DNA of 63,679 nucleotides from Octopus bimaculoides (GCF_001194135.2 NC_068981.1:137168184-137231862); one strand, 5' to 3'. Counted from the stretch's first letter, positions 35,057 to 50,222 are shown. Notes: generated by a model from the letters alone, not told the origin. Numbers and translations: made by a program.

Positions 35057-37500
35057 CACACACACACACACTCACAATGATGGAGAATGTCGCTGTTGAT
35101 GGCTGTCTCCACTAACTCAGAAATATTGAGAATGAGCACAATTCCTATTGATACTATATTGGTAGCACACACTGTACTACCAAACAGTCTCTTGCAAAGT
35201 GAACTCCTAAACAAACAATACAACAGTGTTTCCTTCATGTAACTGATTCGCACATAAATAGCCGAGACAGGAGAGCTCTTCAACATAACAACACTGTTTA
35301 GCAAAGTGGCAACCATCAATAACATTGAAATAGAATAAATTGATTGCCATGATAGATAAAAACGAGTCTCAATTTAGTAACAAGTCCAGACAGCTTCCTT
35401 ACAATTCACCAACAAAAATAATGACCATAGCAAAAAATCCCTAGCCAAACTACTTCAGTTACTTTCCTAAAATTTCCTTGAAAGTGGTAAACACATACAA
35501 ATCTAAAACTATATAAATAAAAAAAAAGGTGGTGTGAGGGGAGGGGAGGGGAGGGGAGGGGGTGGCAGACATGGTTAAGACACTTTGTTTTGCAAACATG
35601 TGGTTTTGGGTTCAGTTACACAGCGCAGCACTTTGAGCAAGTGTCTTCTACTATAGCCCTCGGTCAATCAATGCTTTCCGAGTGAATTTAGCAGATGGAA
35701 ACTGTGTGGAAGCCAATCGTGTATGTGTGTATGTATTTGTGACATTTGTCTCCACTCTGCCTGAAGAACTGGTGTTGTCTTGGTCGTGTCCTTGTAACTT
35801 AGTGGTTCAGCAAAAGAAACCAACAGAATAAAGAAAACAAATACTGGAGGTGACTTGTTTGACTAAATCCTTCAAGGCAGTGACCCAGCATGGCTGTAGT
35901 CCAATGACTGGAACAAAGATCAAAGTAAATAAGATATATTCTAATAATTTACAGACTTATTCTTTTATTCTCTTACTCGTTTCAGTTATCAGATTGTGGC
36001 CATGCTGGAGTAGCACATCATCATCATCATCATTTAACATCTGCTATCCATGCTGGATGGTTGGGTGGTTTGATCAAGGCTGGCATGCTGGAAGGCTGCA
36101 CCAGACTCGAGTCTAATTTGGTATGGTTTTCTATGGCTGGATGCCCTTTCCTAATACAAACCACTCCGAGAGTATAATGGGTGCTTTTATGCGCCATTTG
36201 CATGACACCGGGGTGCTTTTACGTGCCACCGGCATGGGTGCCATTTGCATGATACCGGAATCTGCCACAACTGCCATTTTGCTCAGCTTGATGGGTCTTC
36301 TTCTCAAGCACAACATAATGTCAAAGGCCTCGGTCATTGCCTCTGTGAGGCCCAACACTCGAAAGGAACTCAGTCACTTTGCCTCCTTGAAGAATTTTTA
36401 GTCACATGAAACAACCCCAGTACTTATTCTATCAGTCTCTTTTGCCAAACCGCTAAGTTATGGGAACATAAACAACACCGGTTGTCAAGTGGTGGGGGTG
36501 AGTGTGGGAGAGCAAACATACACACATATATATATGCATGTGTGTACGTGCTTCTGTGTTTGTCCCTCTACCCCACCACTTGACAACCAGGCTTCTTTTG
36601 GTTTCCATCTACCAAATCTAGTCATAAGGCTTTGGTCAGCTCGAGGCTATAGTAGAAGACACTTGTCCAAGGTACCACACAGTGGGACTGAACCTAGAAC
36701 CATGTGGTTGGGAAGCAACCTTCTTACCACAGAAGTCTGTATCTCATAGTAAACAAAATTATTGAATGAATAATCAGAAAACATATTATATTGTTAAGGA
36801 AAATCTTTCGCTAAATGACATAATCACTAGAAGTTCTAATCAGGCAGAGGCTACCTCAAAAAACTCTTACAGTATTACAATTCGATGCTATAAGTAGCTG
36901 TTTAAGCATTTTGACGTAGATATGGTGTATAAGCACTTTGGAAAGATGATAATGGAATTATATGTTATAAATATATTGTTGCTGTTATGCAAAAGTGTCG
37001 TAAATCCAAAATGTTGCTTTTTTTTCAGAAAGCATAAAAATAGTTTCACCATTCTACAGCAAAGCCATTGTACTACACTTCAACAATTTTTGATATCTTG
37101 GCTTCTGAAGTAGCTGGAGATACGATAGTTTGACCAAAAGAACCAGCTGTTGCAAGCAAAAATAAATATTGAAAAAAAAAACACATTTGGTCAAACTTAG
37201 ACATACAACAGCTTAACATAATAGCAACAATATGATCACAACACATTGCATAACTAGTAGAGTGGCTAGGTAAGGTAAAATAAACATCAGAGATGCTTTG
37301 CCCCATGCAGAAGCTGCAGGAGTTACTCAGAGATATTGCAAGCTCTTCTAAATCCATTGCTATACTGGAAACCCTCCCATATCATCAGCAGGTATCTCAG
37401 GGTTACAAGCATTTCAACCCTTAGCCTGTACATTTCACCAGAGTGGGGCGGTGACAACTGAGCTAGTTTCCACCTACAGAAGGGTTCCACTTGCAGTCTG

Positions 37501-37830
37501 TTATCAACCAAAGCCATCTTGAGCAAGTTTCAGCTGTTATGCCTATTTTCTTGATGGCTTTCTTCCGTTGTCCGGGTTCCAGATCTATCTTCTGCAGAAA
37601 ATAGCACACTGATCTAGATAAAAAGCCATGGCAGCTGACTCCAATGGAGAATGAAGTTGCATGCCAGCCCTTGTCAAAAGCCTTGTCAACAAAGAACTGA
37701 TATTTCGATTTCTTTACCTGGCGAAAAATACTGACACTTTCCTCTCAGGGCACAGTGAGTTCAATCATAATGATTGTATTCCTGGAGAGGAGGAACATGT
37801 CTGGCCAGGGTGATACAATATGAATTCTTA
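37501..37830 (-). mobile_element. Relic of an RLE-bearing (HERO/NeSL-like) non-LTR retrotransposon C-terminus
   Basis: Manual translation: WPDMFLLSRNTIIMIELTVP*EE...KKSKY...GW...GVSCHGF...KKAIK...AETCSRWLW. This matches the PD...ELTVPWEE...KY...GW...GF...SxWLW pattern, with W mutated to stop. Confidence 0.65.
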
Positions 37831-39111
37831 AAAGCCAGAATTCAAGTTCTTACAACCAACGGTACCATCTTGGAGAGGTCAGTAATCTAGAGTGGAGTAT
37901 TGTAGAGATTGTTTAAATCCTTAATGGTCACCTCAGACATTGTCATCATCATTCCACATCCTTCAGCCTCAGTTCTCTTAACTACTATTTATGCGGCAGA
38001 CTTTTGCTTATTTCAATGTGAAGGGGAAGCAAGTGTAGTATGCTTCTTATAATGGTTTCTGCTTGAAGCAGATAGTCAGCAGTTTTGAGGGGGTGGGTGG
38101 GACTAGTTAATACCATCGTCCCCACAACTTGACTGGTACTTAATTTTAACTCCAGTGAGATAAAAGGCAAAGGTGACCCCAGTAAGAATTAAACTCATGT
38201 ACAAAGAATTAGAAAAAATACCACAAGACATTTTGTCTGACACTCTAACGATACTGCTAACTCACTGCCTTTATGCTTCTTATAATAAGAAAAATTAATA
38301 GCAGTGGCTTGAATAAATTGGCATTTAAATATATGATGGGTTGCTGTGATTTTAACCCCAGGAGCAGCCTTGTTTATCAGGATGCCATCTTGTATAGCAG
38401 AGAACATGTTGTCCAATGTAACCTTCTTCTTTATGATGGTTAAGGTGTGATTGGAGAAGATTTGGCTGCTATTTCCAGCAGGTTGAGTGTCTACATAAAA
38501 GCTCCCACTCTGGCTTGTAATACATTGAATTAAAGCAAGGTTATTTAACTGTGATTGGTTAACATTTAAAACTGTTGCATAGCAATTGTTTAATATTAAC
38601 AGAAGAAAGATAGAGAGGAGGTGAGAGGGAAAGTGAGGGAGAAAGGAAGATAGATAGATAGATAGAGAGAGGGGGGGACAAGTCGAAGTGTTTATTAGTA
38701 GTGGTCGATCAAGAGACTAGGAGTAGTAAGACTGAAGAAAAGAATAGAGGAAGGCGGAGGAGGATGTAACAAGTCAAAACAAATGCAAGTGGGAGGACAT
38801 TGACCAAAGCAAGAAGAGAAATCAACAAAAGAGGCTTGCAAAATAATTTCTTTTACTCTGAAAACTTTGTATACTACTGTACAAAAGTTTTTTTTGTGCT
38901 ACTTGTAACAAAAGTTGCAGCAATAGATAAGTGTATTATAGTACAATGGATTCAGCCTTTGGCCTATATGTAAATCACGTTGCTTTTTGTGAAGTGTGTG
39001 TGTGTGTGTGTGTGTGCAGATATGGTTGCGTGGTTAAGATCATTTTGCAACCATATGTTCAGGTTCAGTCCCACTGTGTGGTGCTTTCAGCAAGTATCTT
39101 TGTCTACTGAC

Positions 39112-39329
39112 CAAAGCTGTGGAGTCGAAACAAAAAAAAAACTTTGACTCTGACTCCTCTTTATGTAATTAAGTGATTGTGGTCTACATATCTCATAAAG
39201 CATATGCATATACTATGAGTAACTGGTTTATATTAAAGAATGAAGATATTGTGAGTCGGAGTCAGTATAGTTTTACTGACTGACTCTAGTTACCCCTTAA
39301 TTGTTTCCGACTCCGACTCCACAACCCTG
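39112..39329. mobile_element. hAT-like MITE inserted in a family C SINE
   Basis: Termini CAAAGCTGTGGAGTC / GACTCCGACTCCACAACCCTG, internal GGAGTC/GACTCC sub-repeats, and a degenerate 8-bp TSD (CTACTGAC / ATAGTGAC). Confidence 0.55.
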
Positions 39330-39377
39330 ATAGTGACTGAATCTGGTTAGACAGAAACTGTGCGGAAGTGCATCATG

Positions 39378-39427
<50 letters not shown>

Positions 39428-41055
39428 CGCGCGCGTGCGCACACATTTGTTTGTCCCTCCTACTCATGGACAACTGGTGTTGGTTTGTCTACATCCTTCT
39501 AACTCAGTAATTTTAGCAAAAAAATTACCGATAGAATAAGTACCAGATTAAAAACAATAAATGCTGGTGTGAATTTGTTTGACAGGCCACAATCCAATGA
39601 ATGAAACAAGTAAATGATAAAAGAAATAACGATATGTTTCTATGACTTCTGTTCAGAATCAACAGATTAAAGCAGTGAGTCTGGCAATAACACCAAGTTA
39701 TCATACTAGGATTTACAGTCAGCAGACAAGAGAACTGTGCAGAAATATTTTGCATGTGTATGAGGTCTTTGTTTTCACATGAGACATCAACTTAAATTTA
39801 TTTACAATGCTGGTATTCATATTATACACTGAATAGTGACGTGATCAATCCACCCTAGAACAATCATTAGCTGGTGTGTTTTCAAAGGAGTGTGTGTGTG
39901 TGCTTGGTTGTGTGTGGGGTGTCTATGTGTGTTAGTGAGTGCTGCAGATTTTAAGCTCAGAGCAAGATACAGTAGATAAGTCACATGCAGTTTCTTGCAC
40001 ATGACTTTTTAAGAAAAAAAAAACAACAAAACCATATGTAAAAAAAAACAACAACAAAAAACCTGATTTATCTACAAGTCAGCATCATCATCATTTAATG
40101 TCTGTCTTCGATGCTGGCATGAGTGGAACAGTTTGACACGAACTGACAACCAAATAACTGCACCAGGCTCCATTGTCTGCTTTGGCATAGTTTCTATGCC
40201 TGGGTGCCCTTCTTAATGCCAATCACTTTACAGAGTGTACTTGGTGCTTTTTGTGTTGCACCAGCACTGGTGCCTTTTGCATAGCTCTGGCAGGGTTGCC
40301 AACTAACTTAATCCCCTCAACTGGGGGACAGAGTCGTACTGGAGGAGGCTTTGTGCTAGTTGAGAGGTTAAAGTATAATAGAGGGATAGAGACAGGTGTC
40401 TTACTCTAGGGGAGATACTTGGCTACCTAAGTAGGAAGAGGAAGGAGACACAGAGACAGAAAGAGGACATCTCTACAAGACATTCCCACAGTAGGAAGAA
40501 TAGAAGTAGTATAGAGGGAGACAGGGGTTGTTTTATAAGAGTGTGAAAGGAGATATTTAGAGATGAAGATAAGGAGACTGTAGCAAGTGATGTGAGAGAA
40601 ACTGAAGTGGGTGGTGGTGGCCATGGTAGATATAAGAGGGCATTGAGAATGTGCGGGTAGGCGTGTGAGGGAGAGTAGAGGGACCTGTAACAGGTGGTGG
40701 TCACGGTTGTTGGAAGGTAGGTTGTGGGAGGACTTCTGACAAGGAACAGATTGTGCGTGCAGTATTTGCAGAGTAGATCATCACCAAATTACTCAAATTA
40801 TATGGTTTCACTTATATGTGTGTGTGTGTGTGTGTAGAAATATAAATACATACACATGCACACACAAACATATACATTACACATACATTCATACAGATGT
40901 AAGCATGGCTATATAGATACAAAGCTTGCTTCACAATCCTGTGGTTTCAGGTTCAGCCCCACTGCGTTGTCTTCTACCATAGCCTTGGGCCAACCAATGC
41001 CTTGTGTGTAGAATTGATAGTCAGAAACTGAGAGGATGCCTGTTGCATATATATG

Positions 41056-41158
<103 letters not shown>

Positions 41159-42205
41159 GATAGGGACACTACTTTTCTCTATGGTTCAGTAGACAAGTGA
41201 TAACCAGTAGAATGCAAAAAGTCTTAACTGAAAAACATGTAAGGGTTGGTGACAGGAAGAGCACCTTGTCATAAAATACGTGCCAGCATGGACAGAGTTA
41301 AAAATGACGATGTTTTACTTGTTTCAGTCACTGAATGAACTGCAGCCATGCTGGAGCACTATCTCGAAAGATTTAGTCAAAGAAACGAACTTTAGTGCTT
41401 ATTTTCCTTTCTTCAGTGTGGTACTTATTGTGTCCATCTCTTTAGCTGAACCACTAAGTTACAGGGATGTAAACAAAACAACACCGGTTGTCAAGCAGTG
41501 GTGGGAGACTAACACAAATATAAGACACACACATACACACACACATATATCATGTGATCGCATGACCATCAGGCTATTGGATGTTGTTCTACATTGCTGG
41601 TTACAATGTGCTTTTGCATCATTTTTAGCTTTTGAATTCTTTTCTACTCTAGGCACAAGGCCTGAAATTTTTGGGGAGGGGAGCAGTCGATTAGATCAAC
41701 GCCAGTACACAGCTGGTACTTAATTTATCAACTCCAAACGGATGAAAGGTAAAGTCAAACTTCGGCAGAATTTGAACTCAGAACGTAAAGACAGACGAAA
41801 TACCGCCCGGCATGCCAACGTTTCTGCCAGCTCAATGCCATGTCAGCTTTTGAATGATGCCACTCTGTTGGCTAGATGAGTAAGCCAACATTCTCCCTAA
41901 TCAGAAGGCTAGTCCATTGCAGGGTCACCCATTTACAGCCGAGTGGACTGGAGCAATGTGAAATGAAGTGTCTTGCTCAAGAGTGTAACATGTAGCTGGT
42001 CTGGGAATTGAAACTACGATCTCATGATTGCAAGTGCAACAGACCTAACCACTAGGCCACATGCGTTCACACACACACACACACACACACAAGTGCATAT
42101 GCTCACTGGGCTTTCACAGTTTCCATCTACCAAATTCACTCATAAGGTTTTGATTTGCAGGGATGTAGTAGAAGACACTTAATGAACGTATTGAAGATAT
42201 ATAAG

Positions 42206-42269
<64 letters not shown>

Positions 42270-43484
42270 TGTGTACGTGTGTATATAGATATTTATGAAA
42301 TAAAAGCAGGTTTGAAGAAAAAAATCATTAGGCTGTCGCATATACTTTCTGGGTATTTAGTGGATCTACCAACTGAAAACTCTTAAAGGGATCCTCTACG
42401 TGAACACTCAAATTGCTAAAAATAGCAGCCAAGCTTTCATCAACACACTGCACAATCTCAAAAGAATAAATAAAAGACATTTGATAATGTAGTCTTAAAT
42501 ACCTCTAAAACGACAAGAGAATCATGGTTATTTGGATCCTAGGTCTACTCAATCAGGGCTAACCAGTGGCTAAACAACAACAACAACAACAACATCAGCA
42601 GCAGTGGTAGCAAAAGTCAACATGGTGAATCATCAGATGCTACAGAATGTAGAAATCTGCAGGAATAACCACTTATCCAATTATGTAATATGAAGATGGC
42701 AGACGGTGCTAAGTGCAGTACCCACTTCAACAGACTCCAACCTCTGCAACAGATATCTGATGGAGCCTCAAATACTACAAAGCTCGCCATCAACCCACTT
42801 TCAAGAGCAATTCAAACAGCACCAAATACCCCCACTATATTCTGCAGAAGAACAGCGAGTCCTGAAGAGAGGCAACAGAAGATCAAAAGCATATTGGTGC
42901 TAGGTTTCAATTGACTAGACTCTGGTGTTTTTTGCTCTACTTAAGTGTTTTATCATGTTTTAAGGTTGCACCACCGTCATCACTTCAGCAGCTACCACCA
43001 CCACCACCACCATCACTATCAGCAGCACCACTACCATCACCATCACCATTTCATTTAATGCATCTTCAATGTAGGCATGAGGTGGATGGCATGATAAGAT
43101 CTTAGGAGTCAAAAGACTACATTGTGCTCCAAAGTCTGTGAAGATGCATGGGTTAGTGGCTAGGGTAATCAGCTCATAATCACAAGATCGCGTGTTCAAT
43201 TCATGGCAGTGTGTTGTGTCCTTGAGTGAAACACTTTATTTCTTGTTGCTCCATTTCACTCAACCGGCAAAAATGAGTTTTACCTGCAATTCAAAGGGCC
43301 AGCCTCATCAAACTCTGTATCATGCTGAATCTCCCCGAGAGCTACATTAGGGGTACATGTGTCTGTGGAGTATTTAACCACTTGCATGTTAATTCCATGT
43401 GCAGCCTGTTTGGTAGGTCATATCAACTGAAACACTCATCATTGTAACTGACAGAGAACCAATGTTTACTCTGATATAGTTTCT

Positions 43485-43712
43485 TATTTCTTTACTGACC
43501 ACAATGGGCTACACACAGAGGGGACAAACAAAGACAGACAAACGGATTAAGTCGATTATATCGACCCCAGTACGTAACTGGTACTTATTTAATTGACCCC
43601 GAAAGGATGAAAGGTAAAGTCGACCTTGGCGGAATTTGAACTCAGAACGTAACGGCAGACGAAATACCGCTAAGCATTTCGCCCGGCATGCTAACATTTC
43701 TGCCAGCTCGCA
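43485..43712 (-). mobile_element. tRNA-derived SINE (tail type 2), little diverged
   Basis: Same head and body as tail type 1 but a different tail (CCCCTCTGTGTGTAGCCC...AAAGAAATAAG). TSD GATATAGTTTCT at 43473-43484 and 43713-43724. Confidence 0.85.
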
Positions 43713-44941
43713 GATATAGTTTCTATGTAAGCTTTGGTATGGTTTCTATTTGTTGGAGACCCTTGATACCAACTAATTTGCAGGGTATACAGGGTGCTCT
43801 TTTTGTGTGGCATCAGCACTAATGCGGCCACTATATAACCCGCACAATTCTACTAAACCCTCTCTCACAAAACAGCAGACAATTATAGGAAGTGTTCTCA
43901 ATGTCACTTCTTGCTTAGCTTGAACATTTTAACAACTTTCGGTTCTTAATTAGAAATAAAATATTTATATTTGTAACTTATCATATTCAACCAATCTTCC
44001 ACACTCTGCCCATACATGAAATTAGCCAATAAAAGAATCTCTGTGTAGTTACTCACTATGCTACAAATAGCAGCCAATCTCCCCCAAATCACACCCACCA
44101 AGTTAACAAAGAAAGAAGAAGAAACAAAACTGAACAACACATAAGATGATATAATTTTAAATACTCCTCAAAAGACAGGATGGTCACAGTTGGAACAGCT
44201 ATTATCATCACTCTTCTTAATCAGGGTGACGGCAATGGGGAAAAGACTGATAATGGTAAAGAGTGTTTTCGCACTTGGTGTGCATGAAGTTATTAAAGAG
44301 AGATTAGTAACATAGGGAAGGACATTTATGGAGGAAATCTGTCAAATGTGTGTGTTGTGGAGGTGGATGCTAAGCAGGGGTTTCTGCTGGATTAAAATAA
44401 TCCATTGAGCTACAATAGGCTAAGAACCATCAGATTATAACAAGTGTTTGGATAAACTAGCTGCTTGTAGTAGAAATGTTATATATCCCTTGCTTAGTTG
44501 GCCGCAAAGGATTTTTTAAACAGAAGTGAAGCCTCTTCCTTTATCTTTCCTTATCCAACATTTCAATATTTGTAGAGTGATGGTTGTAAGCTAGCAGAAT
44601 CGTTAACACTCCAGGCAAAATGCTTAGCAACGTTTCTGTCTGTCTTTATTTTCTGAGTTCAAATTCCACCGAGGTTAACATTGCCTTTCATCCTTTCAAG
44701 GTCGATAAAATAAGAACTCGTTGAGCGCTGGAGTCAATTTAATCGACTTAACCCCTGCCCTGAAACTGCTGGCTTTGTGCCAAAATTTGAAACCAATATT
44801 TGAAGAGTGACTGATATTGTAGGAAATGTAGATACTACTGCATCGTTTTTCTCTGTTCTGACTTCATTGCTGAATTTCCAAATACTCAGATTTAAAAAAA
44901 ATTTTTTTAATAAATAAAGAAAGAAGTAATTTCAGTCTTAC

Positions 44942-44979
44942 CTTGAATTATATTCTTCCTGTTAGCTACAGTCTCCCCA
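44942..44979 (-). CDS. TIGAR: TIGAR-like micro-exon (38 nt): (H)GETVANRKNIIQ(G)
   Basis: Not in the ORF track; found by manual search. TTTCAG acceptor (44980-44981), GTAAGA donor from 44941. Reads T GGG GAG ACT GTA GCT AAC AGG AAG AAT ATA ATT CAA G, completing the RHGxTxxN motif and joining in phase 1 to the 197-nt exon. Confidence 0.9.
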
Positions 44980-45159
44980 CTGAAATAATGAAAAAAATAA
45001 AAAAGGAGATATTTAGACACAAGTAAAACAAGCAGAGCAAAATATGTTCCATAAAATCAAATATCAACAATCAAATAACAGAATGACAAATTAAAATCTA
45101 GGGAAACAAGGTTACATTAATTAAATAAATTAATGAAGAAATTCTTGTGTGTGTATACG

Positions 45160-45225
<66 letters not shown>

Positions 45226-47497
45226 AGTAAATCATTGCGACTATTTAACATCTGGTTTTGAAAAAGTTTTGACATTTAGCAGTTAATTTTTTTCTTCTAA
45301 TTATTAACTGCATAACTTTGCTAACAACCAAAATTAACTTGAACTGGATTACTAGACATGCTACAGCAAGTACATAATGAACATAGACTAAACATACAGA
45401 GTGATGGAAGCCAATGAAGGAGCCTATACATGGCTGCACATGCTAGAAATGACAGCCAAATACACCGCCCTCGTCCCCACCATACCCTACTCTTTTAAGA
45501 AACGAAGATAACATTGATTGGATAATGAAGTCCTAGAAAGGGATGGTCAATATCAGAATGGCTTTTGATCGCGAAATGAAACAGCATTTAAGCTCGCTAA
45601 TGAAAATACTTTACATCATTCAAAAAGATGCTAAAAATGGCAGTCAATTTTCTCACAGACTAAACCCTACTCCTTTAAAAAGAAAAATGCACTTAGGATA
45701 ATGTTGTCCAAGGTGGACTATTTCTGAGAAAAAGACCGACTGACATGGCATTTGATCAGTGGTTGATTTTACCAGGGCTGACCTGGGACTACAAAATAGA
45801 TTTGAACACACCAAGCTGAGACACCAGTGGTGACCCTCTTCGGCACAAGTCCAGGCAAGGTTGTTTATGGAAGACCAGCAGTCACCCATACATACCAGCC
45901 TCCTCTCTCCATGCCTCCAATGTTATCCAAGGAAAAGGCAAAGGCCGATACAACTTGGCACAAGTGATGTTGCCACTCATTTCTACAGCTGAGTGAACTG
46001 GAGCAATGTGAAATAAAAGTGTCTTGCTCAAGAACACAACATGCAGCACGGTCCAGGAATCGAACTCACAACCTCACAATTGTAAGCTTGATGCTTGTTC
46101 TAACCACTGAGCCATGCACAAACACAGTCTCTTAGGCTGAACTGCTTAGTTATGGGAACATAAACACACCACCAACAATTGTCAAGTGATGGTGGGAGCA
46201 CAGACACACATAAATACATACACACACACACACACATACGATGAACTTCTTTCAGTTTCTGTCTACCAAATCCACTCACAAGGTGCCATGCAGTGGGACT
46301 GATCCTAGAACCATGTGATTGGAAAGCAAGCTTCTCACTACACAGCCACACCTAATAATCAAGACTGCATAACTATCACTTGACTGATAACAGTAATGTG
46401 GTCTAAATCTGTTGCTCTGGTCTGTCTCCGACTGATGTTTATAATGTCTCAAATCATTAATTTTAAGAAAAAATAATTAGCAGTTAATTAACAATATAGT
46501 ATTTGATGAAGAGTAATTATTATAAACAATAAAGCTGCAACATCAACAGAGTTTATATCATAAGAGGAATTTATACTATAAACAGGCAAATGGCAGCATA
46601 TATGACCAGGTCATAGACTAATCAGTTAAATTTTCTATTTAGAATGTAGTTTATTAGTCTAAATAACTTCTAATTATACTCAATACAGAAAAAGAAAATC
46701 TACTTGTAAGTAATTAATTATTTATTTATTACCGTAATAATGATAATGATGATAATAATAGTAACGATTTATAACAGATGCAAGGCCACAAATTTTGGAG
46801 GAAAGAGTTAATTATCTTGAGCCTGAACTTGGTGGTGTTTTATTTTTTCGCTCTCAGAAGGACGAAAGACAAGGCAGACATCAGCCGGATTTGAACTCAG
46901 AACAAATAGTACAGGGGAAATTTGTCCAACTCACTAATAACTCTGTCTATCCACTGCCACGATAAGGATGGTTTTTAACAGAGGTACAAGGACTGGAAAT
47001 TGGGTGGAGGGGGGTGTTAATCAATATCATTGATCTCAGTACCTGACTGGTACTTCATTTTAATGACTCAGAAAGGACAAAAGACAAAGTTGACTTTGGT
47101 AGGATTTGAACTTAATACACAGAGGGCCACAACAAATAATGCAAGTCTGACACAAACAATTCAGCCAAACTATCATCATCACCATCATTATGATGATGAT
47201 GGTGGTGATGTTAATGATAATTGCTTGTAATATAGGCAAAAAGCCAGCAGTTTTGCAGGAAAGGGAATTGTTGATATCATCACCCCCCCCCCCCNNNNNN
47301 NNNNNNNNNNNNNNNNNNNNNNNNNNNNNNNNNNNNNNNNNNNNNNNNNNNNNNNNNNNNNNNNNNNNNNNNNNNNNNNNNNNNNNNNNNNNNNNNNNNN
47401 NNNNNNNNNNNNNNNNNNNNNNNNNNNNNNNNNNNNNNNNNNNNNNNNNNNNNNNNNNNNNNNNNNNNNNNNNNNNNNNNNNNNNNNNNNNNNNNNN

Positions 47498-47530
<33 letters not shown>

Positions 47531-49282
47531 TCCAAAGCAACAACAAAATTAAAGCCACTGTATAAAAGAAGGTCAATTACTACATCTTGTTGATTGTTAT
47601 TTACTCAAAAGGAACTACCCTCTCCCAATGACTTTTAAGATTTCGGTTAGATTAGCCAAAATGAGTGGAGCAGGTCAGCTTGATCTTGCAGTATGGTAAA
47701 ACAACAGCTGTATCACAAACAGCGAAGAGCTAACAACATAAAGCCTGACAGTTGGCTGCCACTTGTGGATATAAAAATAAAATATCCCAATCTCAAGTCT
47801 CTGCCTCCTGCTAAGTAAGCATTCCATAGTAGTTGCTTAATAAATGACGACGACGATGGCAAAAAGAACACAAAGAAAATAATATAAAAAAGAAAAACAA
47901 TCAACAGTATAGGTTTTTTTTTCTCCTCTCAAATAGATATGTATGACATATGCTCTCTTATTCTCTCTCTCTTGCTATCTTTCACTCATTTCTTCTGTCT
48001 CATGTACATAAATCATTTCCTCCCTATCTTTCTCTGCCTCTCTGTCACTCGCTCTCTCTCACTCATGTATAGCCGTACATTGAGTCATAGAAGTATACAC
48101 ACAGAACTATACAAGTTTCATAAAAGAAAAAAGAAAAAGAAAAAAGAAAAAGAAAAAAGAAAAAGAAAAAAAAACACACAGCAAATACTGAAAATGTTTT
48201 GTATTAGTACAGAAGCATCACAATCATCATCATTATCATCACCGTTCTCATCATTTAACATCCATATTCCATGCTGGCATGGGTTGGACAATTCAACAGA
48301 AAAAAAAAAAAACGAGCCAGAGACTGTACCAAGCTCCGATATTGAAATTAAAAAATGATGCAGAGTTGACCATGTAGGGTGGTTATGAAGTTTGTTTCAC
48401 AACTGCATGGTTTCAGGTCCAGTTCCACCACACAGTACCTTGGGCATGTGTCTTCTACCACAGCCCTGGGTAGCCCAATATCTTAAGACTAAATTTGGTA
48501 GAAGGAAATTGAGTAGAAGCCTGTTATATAAATATGTTTTTAAAAAAACCCAAAAGCCTGTAAGTGGTTGCTTGAAATGCTAGAAATAGACACACTGAAC
48601 TATTAAGTTACCTAACATAAAAAATGAAATGACAGAATTATGGATATACAATTCACTTTGAGAATATGAAGTTTTGAATTCTATCTCAATGCGTGGCATC
48701 TTGGGCATGTACCTGCTACTGTAGCCTCAGGTCAAATAATGCCTTGTGGGTGGAATTAGTAGATAGAAATTGTAAGGAAGTACAAGAGTATGTTTGTGTG
48801 TGTATGTGTTTAGACATATACATACATGTATATCACCTCTTCAGTAAGACATGCTCTTTTCCTATCATAATTTCATAAACAACCAGTCTATATCCCACTC
48901 AGTAGATGGGTTCTTATCTTGAAGGTACTTGGCAACCTCATTGGTGCTGGTGCCACATAAAAAGCACCCAGTACACACTGTTAAGTGGCTGCTATTAGGA
49001 AGGGCATCCAGCAAGAGAAACTACACCAAAGCAGACATAGAACCTGGTGGAGGCCTGTGGTTTGTCTCTTCTTGTCAAACCATCCAACCCCTGCCAGCAT
49101 GGAAATAAATAAAAAATAAATGTTTCCTTCTTGAGCCATGCCAGGCTCATAAAGGCTGGTTTCCCAGTTTCAATGGCGTATATATTCCTCACCTGGATGG
49201 GACGCCGATCCATCACCAAATTACTCGTTTTTGCCAGCTGAGTGGACTGGAGCAATGTGAAGTGAAGTGTTTTGCTCAAGAA

Positions 49283-49500
49283 TATGGTCAATGCTGCCAT
49301 AATCTTTGCCTTCAGTTTATCTTTGATGTTACAAGGAGTTTTGTTGGTCCCTCAATCAACTGCACTCCACACATAATAATTAAGGGGGCTGCAGTCTGGA
49401 GAGTTAGGGTTGCAGTCTGGGAGATGTTAGGGGTAATGTGGTCGCAGATATTGTCTGACAGCTACGACTGGGTTTTCCTGCTTGTGTGGCATGGTGCATG
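49283..49500 (-). mobile_element. Short fragment of the same DD37D mariner family
   Basis: Aligns by eye to about 63040-63240 (GCTGCCATAAT...TTGTCTGACAG...CCTGCTTG). Confidence 0.7.
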
Positions 49501-49849
49501 ATAGAAATTTAGTGTAGACATGGTTTTAGTTTGCTGTTTTGCCTGATCTTTTTCTAATTTCTTTTCTCAGGGGTGAATAACAGTGGAGCAGGTCAAGCAA
49601 GATGACTTTAGTTAATTGCTAATTATCAATGACAACTGACAACCCAGCAGACATGTCAGACCGAGAGAGACACAAATTAACTTTGGTTTGTATAGGCACA
49701 GGCATGGATGTATGGTTAAGAAGCTCACTTGCAACCCTGTGGTTTGGGGTTCAGTCCTACAGCACATTGGGCAAGTGTCTTCTACTAGAGCAGTGGGTCG
49801 ATCAATGCCTTATGAGTGAATTTGGTAGATAGAAACTGTGTGGAAGCTT

Positions 49850-49880
<31 letters not shown>

Positions 49881-50169
49881 AAGAGAAAGAGAGTGTGTGT
49901 GTGTGTTTGCGTCTGTCACCCACCCGCTGTTTGACAACCAGTGTTGATTTGTTTACAGCTTCCATAGCTTAGCAGTTCAGCAAAAGAGACAGATAGAACA
50001 GGTGCCAGACTTAAAAAAAAAACCCCATAAATACTAGGGTCCCATTTTCCCCTATACACAGGAAGGAAAGACCATTGTCCAAGCACCCCATTATGTAAGA
50101 TGGTGTAGGATTAATTGAGCGAGATTTGGTCATTATTTCTAGTAGGTTTGGTAACCATGTAGAGGGCAC

Positions 50170-50222
50170 TGTCTAAATAAGGCAAAGGCAACCTTTACCC
50201 TGAAATGGGCCACGTGATTCAT
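50170..50222 (-). CDS. Candidate TIGAR first coding exon: MNHVAHFRVKVAFALFR(H)
   Basis: Only in-window site I found with an Arg codon + CA + GT preceded by a substantial open frame, a hydrophobic strand and gccATG (in-frame stop upstream). The donor GTGCCC is weak and abuts a repeat, so it may be chance; the true exon may lie beyond 63679. Confidence 0.25.

Noticed and set aside
42690-42914. Overlapping 65-74-aa ORFs in complex sequence
   Set aside because: No recognisable domain or splice context. Possibly an old TE remnant, but I cannot support a call.
47664-49595. Repeated 14-mer AGTGGAGCAGGTCA (47664 and 49582) containing an AGGTCA half-site
   Set aside because: A shared 14-mer is expected by chance in 64 kb, and the flanks do not align.
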